Shown: positions 56,478-64,000 of the stretch, one piece after another
How the letters are laid out: every line of letters begins with the position of its first letter
How positions within the stretch are numbered: position 1 is the first letter of the stretch
Origin: Octopus vulgaris
Lineage: Eukaryota
Length of the DNA stretch: 64,000 nt
Direction of reading: 5' to 3'
Assembly (NCBI GenBank): GCA_951406725.2
Contig: OX597827.1
Span: forward strand, 50,530,001-50,594,000
The notes under the pieces: model-generated
What the model was told of the DNA's origin: nothing
What the model saw: the letters and a program-made list of their open reading frames with translations, nothing else
The model's database searches: none
Made by a program: the position numbers and the translations under genes

Positions 56478-56902
56478 TATAAAGTGTAATCATAAAGTGT
56501 GTTTGTAAAGAGTTATTGTAAAGTTTAATAGTACAAACAAGTATTTAAAAATGTTATTTTTGTTGGGAAAAAAAAGGGAATTGTAAAGGTATTTACGGTT
56601 CGTCTCGCAGCGGGGGCGAGATGGCCGTCTCATTTGCATCATAATTATATTCATTCTTATCATTTTCAGCTAAAAGTGACCCTAAGGTTATGCCTGTTGA
56701 AAATGCGTCTGTACCTATGTGAACGTGTAAAGTGTTTATCTACTAGGGAGAAGGTGGGATGCAAACCGAATGATATTTCTGCGGCACTTCCGTCTGCGAG
56801 TGTTAGGGTCCAGCATGTAGGAGATGTGGACCCTAAATCCGCTAGCAGCTAGTGCCTCCTTATGGTAAGGAGATGCTGTATCAAAAATTATCTGTCTTTA
56901 TA

Positions 56903-56965
<63 letters not shown>

Positions 56966-56967
56966 TT

Positions 56968-57289
56968 ATCAATTTAGGGTAGCAAAAAATTCAATAGAAA
57001 TTTATCGCTACCAGCGGTCTAGTGGGAAAGAGAAAATAGTCAAAGACTATATATATAAATTCAACAACAATTAAGGAATGACCTTAATAGGCCATTCGGC
57101 CCACTAGAAGAAGCAGCCAGGACTCAATCCGCTAAGTAGTAGTAATTCAGAAATTAAATGAAAATTTAAAAACTGAAAATTTAATAAATTTTCATTTAAT
57201 TTCTGAATTACTACTACTTAGCGGTTTGAGTCCTGGTGCTTCTTCTAGTGGGCCGAATGGCCTATTAAGGCCATTCCTTAATTGTTGTT

Positions 57290-57295
<6 letters not shown>
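56968..57295. mobile_element. Fold-back element in (TA)n, probably an inverted end of a Penelope-like element
   Basis: Arms 57063-57168 and 57185-57290 are near-perfect reverse complements. Confidence 0.6.
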
Positions 57296-57326
<31 letters not shown>

Positions 57327-57328
<2 letters not shown>

Positions 57329-57683
57329 CTTGTTTACCAACCACATGGTTCCGGGTTCAGTCCCACTGCGTGACACCTTGGGCAAGTGTCTTCCACTATA
57401 GCCTCGGGCCGACCAAAGCCTTGTGAGTGGATTTGGTAGACGGAAACTGAAAGAAGCCCGTCGTATATATGTATATATATGCGTGTGTGTGCCCCCCTAG
57501 CATTGCTTGACAACCGATACTAGTGTGTTTATGTCTCCGTTACTTAGCGGTTCGGCAAAAGAGACCGATAGAATAAGTACTGGACTTACAAAAGAATAAG
57601 TCCCGGGGTCGAGTTGCTCGATTAAAGGCGGTGCTCCAGCATGGCCGCAGTCAAATGACTGAAACAAGTAAAAGAGTAAAGAG
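57327..57683 (+). mobile_element. Family A SINE, near full-length
   Basis: Matches 16857-17300. Confidence 0.88.
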
Positions 57684-58888
57684 TATATATATATACATGT
57701 ATGTATGTATGTATAAATTCTGCTTACAGCTCAGACAAATTTCTGTATGTGATGAGAATCAAATAAAATTTGTGGCAAGTTCCATATATTTCTGTCTACA
57801 GAAATAAACAAAACGTCACTTGCTAACATTTGTCAGTGTTTTCGGCATGCTGCGGAAATATTGACCATACCCACACACCCACACACGCATGCTTTCTCTC
57901 TTTCTCTTTCTCTCTCACACGCACATTCATGTAAGTACCTAATATGAAAGAAATCTAGTGATTTTGAATAGAGGTAATATACTCATGTAGAAGTAATAAC
58001 ACATGCGCCTTAACATTTTAACACAGAGTACAGTTTTGTATGAAGCAATGGGAGTGTATATAATCCAGTGTGTCGCTGCAAGTACAGCGAATTGTTGGTG
58101 CTATGAATGTCTGTTTGAAAACTACTGTAGGTCCTCTTTCATTATTTATGAAAGCGAGATGTTACATTATCAAAGCATATATGATTGTTGAAAGAAAAAG
58201 GTGTGTCGTGGATTTTGTTTGAAAAAAATTAGCTGCATTGGGATAGAAGTAGGCTCTGTTTTTCAGAGAAGCGACTGTGTCTAACAAACTCTTCCAGCCG
58301 GAGACATTTCTGAATTCCAAAATTGATATTTTGTCACTCTGCTCTCATGAGCGTAAAGATATTTTCACAAACAAATCGAGTACCACCGAAGAGGAAAGAT
58401 TGGTGATGTCTCATTATGAATTTGATTCCTTCTTAGCAGCTTCGACCATTTCATTTTTCTTGCCATCACATACTCTTGTATCTGCCTCTCTTTCTCCAAT
58501 TTTCATTGTCCCATGTCATTTTCTTAACTCTTTCTCTCACTTTGTTCCTCTCTCTCTCTATTTCGCAGTCAACTTGTGTGTGTGTGTGTGTGATCTACTC
58601 CAGCAGCCTACACACTATAGAATTATTAGCATAGTGATTAATTGCCTACACTTGTTCCAGTTGTGTTGAAGTGAAATTGTTTGTTTTTTTATACCATACG
58701 GTTTGTGCTTGTGCAAATGTAAATATTTGCATCTTCAGTCCAAAGAAGCTTGGTTATGATTTTATAATTTTACAGGAACCAATGTCTATCGTCTTTTCAA
58801 TGGTACTTTCTGCTTAAAGAAGTGTGATTTCACAGGAAATCGTTCAGTAATATTCTTTCGGCGAATATAGTTTTCGATGTATTACGTA

Positions 58889-59101
58889 CGAGGCGTGCTG
58901 AAAATTTCCCGGATTTGGGCAAAAGAGACTATAGGAGGATTAGTTAATCATGACTTTATTCAGCATATTTCCCTCTCAAATCCACACGCTTATTGCAGCG
59001 GTCCTCCGGTTTTCTAAGCCCTGTAAAAGAACTCAGATAGCTGGGACTTCAACCAGGCCTTTCGAGGTACCGTTAAAGCCATGAACTGTTCAACCCTCGC
59101 G
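58889..59101. mobile_element. Mariner-type MITE, decayed
   Basis: TA|cgaggcgtgctgaaaatttcccggattt ... aaagccatgaactgttcaaccctcgcg imperfect TIRs. Confidence 0.6.
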
Positions 59102-59104
59102 TGC

Positions 59105-59174
<70 letters not shown>

Positions 59175-59194
59175 TTGTGTGTGTGTACATATAT

Positions 59195-59695
59195 ATATAC
59201 AATATAAATCCCGTTCTCTGTGTGTATTTGAGTAAAAGATTATAACAGCTGTATTTTCCAACCGATCGCGCTGAAATTTTATACATAGGCAAAAGACATC
59301 ACAGCGGGTGCATCAGTTAAACTTCATAACACAATCGTTAGTTTCAAAGTGAGATTTGCCCTCCGGTAATTTCCTATTGCAATTAAACATGATTCTTACA
59401 AATTGCCTTCCTGTCCACAGAAATGTCGTGTATGCTTTTTGTACCGATTCTTCAGCCATCCAGTCAATTAAACAGCATTCCGAACGATAATTTTACATAT
59501 TTTCACATTTTAATGCCCGATATCTGCAAATAAAACATGTTCTTTTTGAATACCAACTCATTTTTGACTCAACATCTCGACTCCGTCAAATAATCCTCAA
59601 TTTTAAGCATAGACAGAAACGGAATTGCACTCTTTTAGAATCCAGTCCTGTAACGAACTTACACCGTGCAATGGTCCGGGGGCAGGGTGCATTTG

Positions 59696-59700
<5 letters not shown>
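59195..59700 (+). mobile_element. Possible decayed non-autonomous Helitron
   Basis: aaccgatcgcgctgaaattt resembles the reverse complement of 63131-63150; GC-rich subterminal stretch, then gctaat|at (CTAG-like end). Confidence 0.4.
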
Positions 59701-59741
<41 letters not shown>

Positions 59742-59745
<4 letters not shown>

Positions 59746-60123
59746 GCTGTGTGGTAAGTAGCTTTCTTACCAACCACATGGTTCTGGGTTCAGTCCCACT
59801 GCGTGGCATCTTGGGCAAGAGTCTTCTGCTATAGCCTCGGGCCGACCAAAGCCTTGTGAGTGGATTTTGTAGAGAGAAACTGAAAGAAGCCTGTCGTATA
59901 TATGTGTATATATGTGTATGTGTGTGTGTATATGTTTGTGTGTCTGTGTTTGTCCCCCTAGCATTGCTTGACAACCGATGCTGGTGTGTTTACGTCCCCG
60001 TCACTTAGAATAAGTTCTGGGCTTACAAAGAATAAGTCCCGGGGTCTATTTGCTCGACTAAAGGCGGTGCTCCAGCATGGCCGCAGTCAAATGACTGAAA
60101 CAAGTAAAAAGAGTAAAAAGAGT
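59742..60123 (+). mobile_element. Family A SINE with small internal deletion
   Basis: gtggctgtgtggtaagtagc...gactgaaacaagtaaaaagag. Confidence 0.88.
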
Positions 60124-60128
60124 ATATA

Positions 60129-60448
60129 CGTGGTCTGATCAATAAGTATCCGGACTGTTGTCATAGTAATGAAGCTAAAGCATGCAGAGTAAGGCTGCTT
60201 GGTACAGATTGACCTTAAATTCTGCTGTGCAAGCGCACTAAGTTTTAACGTTCTTGCTCACTCCCGCTGTTTACACCAGTACTTGTAAGGAACGTGTCTT
60301 GCTTGTGATTGTTGCATTGACCATAACAGAGAAAGCTGAGCAGAGAACCTGTATCAAATTTTGCCAAAAGCTTAGCGATACTTGCTCAGAGGCCTACTCG
60401 AAGTTTTCAAAAAATGTTCATTGTTCTCGACGCAATCAAGGAAACTCA
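60129..60448 (+). mobile_element. Mariner 5' end remnant
   Basis: TA|cgtggtctgatcaataagtatccggac TIR-like start; EQRTCIKFCQKL is typical of a mariner N-terminal HTH. Confidence 0.65.
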
Positions 60449-60480
<32 letters not shown>

Positions 60481-60632
60481 ATGTGTGTGTGTGTAGAGAG
60501 AGAGAGAGAGATGATGGTGGTTATTATTGCCACAACTACTATTGTTAGTGTTTTTGATGCCTTCATTACTATTGTATTTGGTCTCTGCACTGATTTTGTA
60601 GTGAAAATCATTCTCTTCTTTCTTTCTTGCAG

Positions 60633-60797
60633 GTGAGTACAAGTTGCTTCCGATCTTCACTTTATAGGCGCTCTCACATAGTAGGTTGCTTTTCGTTATA
60701 CCCAAACTTTGCCTGCACAGACTGCTACAATGTCGTTCAGAAGCCAAAGCAGATTGGGTTGGGGGACACGAGTGAACTACAGCCAGACGAGTTATAC
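60633..60797 (+). other. Candidate host exon (165 nt), possibly with a start codon at 60730 (MSFRSQSRLGWGTRVNYSQTSY)
   Basis: Strong acceptor ttctcttctttctttcttgcag| and donor ac|gtaagt; unique sequence; phase-0 frame open; ATG has A at -3. Confidence 0.5.
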
Positions 60798-61333
60798 GTA
60801 AGTATATGACAGTCCTAAATATAACAATATTTTAAACCTACTCATAATTGCTATGCCGCTTCCAAAACTGAATGCATATTGTCTCAGAATGAGTAAATTA
60901 AATATACAAATAACGGATGTGTGTTATATACCTGTATGCCTGAAAGTGTGTGTGTGTGTGTGTGCGTTTGCTTGCATTTATGTGTGCATGAGTTTATGTA
61001 TGCAAGTATGTTTGTTTACATGTATGTGTTTCTGTGTGTAGGTTAATTGATAGGTAAGCACTGTCTAAATAGTCGAAAAGTGTTTAGTCACTCTTGTCAA
61101 AGAGTAGAGACATGTGGATCCTCACGATTGAATCAACAGAAAACTTTACTATATTTTACCGATAACAGAACTTCTGCATTGGACGTCAGTGATGAACGGG
61201 CTCAAATGCTATTGATATTTTGAAATTTATATTTTTCTTTTATTTTGTGTGTATCTTCGTGAAAATATTAGTCATTAGGAAACCAGTTCATTAGAAAATC
61301 TAATTCGAGACAGAAGCAGTGTACGAACTGAAC

Positions 61334-61900
61334 AGTATTGCTTATGGCCACTCTAATGTGGCTGTCCTCTCAGAGAAGAGAATACTGTCATTTAACCCCA
61401 GGAAGACAGCTCCAGCTGGTTTATTTAATGCGCTTTTCGCACTCGATACTTATTGCAAGCGAGGTATAACTCCTGCCACCTTAGCTTCAAGACTACCAGA
61501 TAAAGTGGTTTCGATCTGTATTAGATTTCCTTGGTGGTGGGTACTCGTTACCAGGTATGGCGTAATCTCTTAGAGGACAGCCACATACTGTTTCTATCTC
61601 GACCAGATTTCCTAACGATAGGCCAGTTTTCTATTTACAAAGCCAGTGATTCTATGACACTGTGTCTTCTATATATTGCAAGCGAGATAAACTGCTACCA
61701 TGCCTGGCAACGAGTACCCATCACCAAGTACAGATTGAAGCCATCGGGTCTGCTGGTCTTCAAGCTAGTATGGCAAATTTATCTCCCGTTTTCAATAAAT
61801 ATTGAGTGCGAGAAGCGCACTGAATAAACCAGCTGGGGTTTAAATGACAGTATCGCCGTCTCTTAGAGGACAACCACATTAAAGCGGCCATAAGCAATAC
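61334..61900. mobile_element. Large fold-back / long-TIR element
   Basis: 61334-61562 is an imperfect reverse complement of 61693-61900. Confidence 0.7.
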
Positions 61901-62850
61901 ATTAATCATTTGAATTAACATTTAAACAAGTTTTATTCTATTACTGTAGAATGTAAACACATTTTCTATAAGGTTCTGTTCTATATGGGATTTTGAGTGG
62001 AATATAAATTCAGTATCCTTACAAAATTTTAATCAAGTACATAATTAAATATTATGAAATTGTTTTCGAGAGACTCATCTTTATAATTCTTCCTTCTTCT
62101 CTCGCTTTTGATACAGTTGCTTCTTCAGAGAGCATATGTATTGTCTCAGTTTTAATGATGTTTATAGTGGGTGTGAGCACTAGAAGGAAATTCATCCAAT
62201 TTAGGTTGTGATGCTTCTTCAAAATATCAGTCATTTCTGAATTTTTCCCTTAAGAGACTTTCTATATTGTAGTCATGCTGGTTGAATAATTATTCGTAGT
62301 ATTTTAACTACAGTCATTATGGTTATTAATTATCTTATTATTTTTCATAATAACATTACTGTTGTTTGCTATGCTCTTCCTTTTCCAAGTTGTAACACAG
62401 AAAAATCGAATAGTTGGCTTTGATTTAACAGTCTTGATCTTTTCACACCTGAAGTGAGGACAAACACTGGTTAACCTTAAAGTTATTCATTTCCAATAAT
62501 ATTGTTCACAGTAATTTAGCCAAGCTTTCAAAGTATGTTATAACTTCCATACTGCTAACCGTGCACCATAACTTAGTGCATATAACGTGGAGTTCTGGTT
62601 ATGCAATTATCTGCATCTGATTTTTAATTCCCAAAGCGCTTTTATTTTAGGGTTCTTTTTTAATTAAATGGGACAGTAATTAGAGACGTCATCTTTTTGA
62701 ATTTTCTTGAGGATCGTTGCGTCTCTTTTTTATGAGGCCATTTAAACATCTGGTCAGGATTATTTAAGAGTTTGTATAATATGCCTATGTCAACCTTGGG
62801 AGTGGAATTGGTTAACGGAAACTGAAAGAAACTCGTCGTATATATATATA

Positions 62851-63231
62851 CTAGCAGTATCGCCCGGCGTTGCTCGGGTTTGTAAGGGAAATAACTATAA
62901 AGCATTTTTAGAGAGTTATAGCCAAAAAATAGCAAAAAAATGGAAAAAAAATTATGGTAAATTTTTTTTGAGAGTTAAAAAGGTCGAGTTGCGTCCCCTA
63001 GACAGTCTGTGGTTTGTGTTTCTGATTCTCGACCCCATGTAATTTATCGATTTTTTTCAGAACTGGGGGAACTTTTCAAAATTTTCGCTGCGTTAGTTTT
63101 GAATTATGACATTGGGCTATGTGTGTGTCAAGTTTCATCAGAATCGGTTGAAAGCCGTGGTCAGGGTGAGGGTACAACCTAACAGACACACAGACACGCA
63201 CACAGACAAACTGCCGTTTATATATAGAGAG

Positions 63232-63232
<1 letters not shown>
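62851..63232 (-). mobile_element. Non-autonomous Helitron (Lep1-like architecture)
   Basis: Minus strand: 5' TC, (GT/CTGT) tract, subterminal hairpin cccgagcaacgccggg, 3' CTAG; inserted between A and T within a SINE microsatellite. Confidence 0.75.
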
Positions 63233-63283
<51 letters not shown>

Positions 63284-63285
<2 letters not shown>

Positions 63286-63490
63286 TCGCGTGTGTACCGT
63301 TGGCGATTTTTTTCCTCCGTCTTCCCTTCTCTGGATCTTTCCTTTTCCTATGTTTCTGACGAAGAGCTCCGCTCGAAACGTTAAACCCTTCTTCTTCCCT
63401 TCCTTCCTGAGCGTCCAATAATACTATATTTGTTCCACGTCCTCGTGTTGTTGTGTTTTCTCTTTGTGTTTTCATGTTTCGATTAACTTT
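63284..63490 (+). mobile_element. Penelope-like pseudo-LTR remnant
   Basis: T-rich, contains a hammerhead-like motif, ends in (TA)n; the 3' part resembles 52005-52095. Confidence 0.55.
63352..63386 (+). ncRNA. Minimal type-I hammerhead ribozyme-like motif
   Basis: GTTT-CTGACGA-A-GAGC-tcc-GCTC-GAAA-CG-TT-AAAC: core boxes, stem II, palindromic stem III (ACGT), 4-bp stem I. Confidence 0.65.
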
Positions 63491-63589
63491 ATATATATAT
63501 ATACACGATATAAACGACGGGTTTCTTTATATATAAAGAATTGTTTTACATGAGGAGTTGTTCCTCAGTAATTATCATTCTTTTACATG

Positions 63590-63773
63590 TTTTAGTCCTT
63601 AGACTGTGATTATGCTGGGGCACTACCTTGGAGAATTCTTTAGTCTAACGAATCGATTTCCGTACTTACCTTTTAAGATACTTATTCTAGCGGTCTCTTT
63701 GCCAAACCGCTGTGTTGCGGGGACATAAACACAACACCTGTTCTCAAGCAGTGTGGGGGACAAACACACACAC

Positions 63774-63777
<4 letters not shown>
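63590..63777 (-). mobile_element. Family A SINE 3' part
   Basis: Reverse complement of gtttgtccccc...gcggtttggcaaagagaccg...gtgccccagcat...cagtctaaggact. Confidence 0.7.
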
Positions 63778-63837
<60 letters not shown>

Positions 63838-63841
63838 AGAG

Positions 63842-63875
<34 letters not shown>

Positions 63876-64000
63876 AGGTTGATATGTATAAGGAAAAAAA
63901 CCAAGGTAGAAAATGTTAAAATAATTTTATAATAAAAAACATTTTAGTACCGGTTTCAGCCATTGAGACTTTTTCTACTGTAAAGTATGGAAAACAATTA

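Noticed and set aside
58277-58669. 130-aa ORF after a possible acceptor
   Set aside because: Runs into CT/GT low-complexity sequence; no donor or domain seen.

Overview
AT-rich, microsatellite-dense animal genomic DNA that is almost entirely intronic or intergenic. The SINE families look like those of octopus (coleoid cephalopod); this is an inference from recalled repeat families, not a search result. No complete host gene is visible. The one convincing host-exon candidate is at 60633-60797 (+), and its acceptor is fused to a perfect donor (YnCAG|GTGAGT). The rest is layered transposable elements: (1) a nearly intact CR1-group LINE (36733-40176, minus strand, one in-frame TGA); (2) two tRNA-derived SINE families, one CORE-like and one Meta-domain-like, where the CORE-like family shares a covarying 3' stem-loop with that LINE; (3) R4/Dong-type fragments in (TAA)n; (4) RTE fragments, one with a twin-priming inversion; (5) Penelope-like remnants, including a minimal hammerhead motif; (6) two Merlin/IS1016-like transposons and a GGATC-ended MITE family with 8-bp TSDs carrying telomere-like repeats; (7) a Buster/Charlie hAT nested in a Merlin copy; (8) mariners, Helitron-like elements and fold-back elements. 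The most unusual signal is a pair of TA-embedded fold-backs (40236-40560 and 56968-57295). Their sequences have diverged, yet both keep the same two covarying helices with near-identical spacing, which makes them a candidate undescribed structured-RNA motif. Nearly all long ORFs in the track are microsatellite artefacts.
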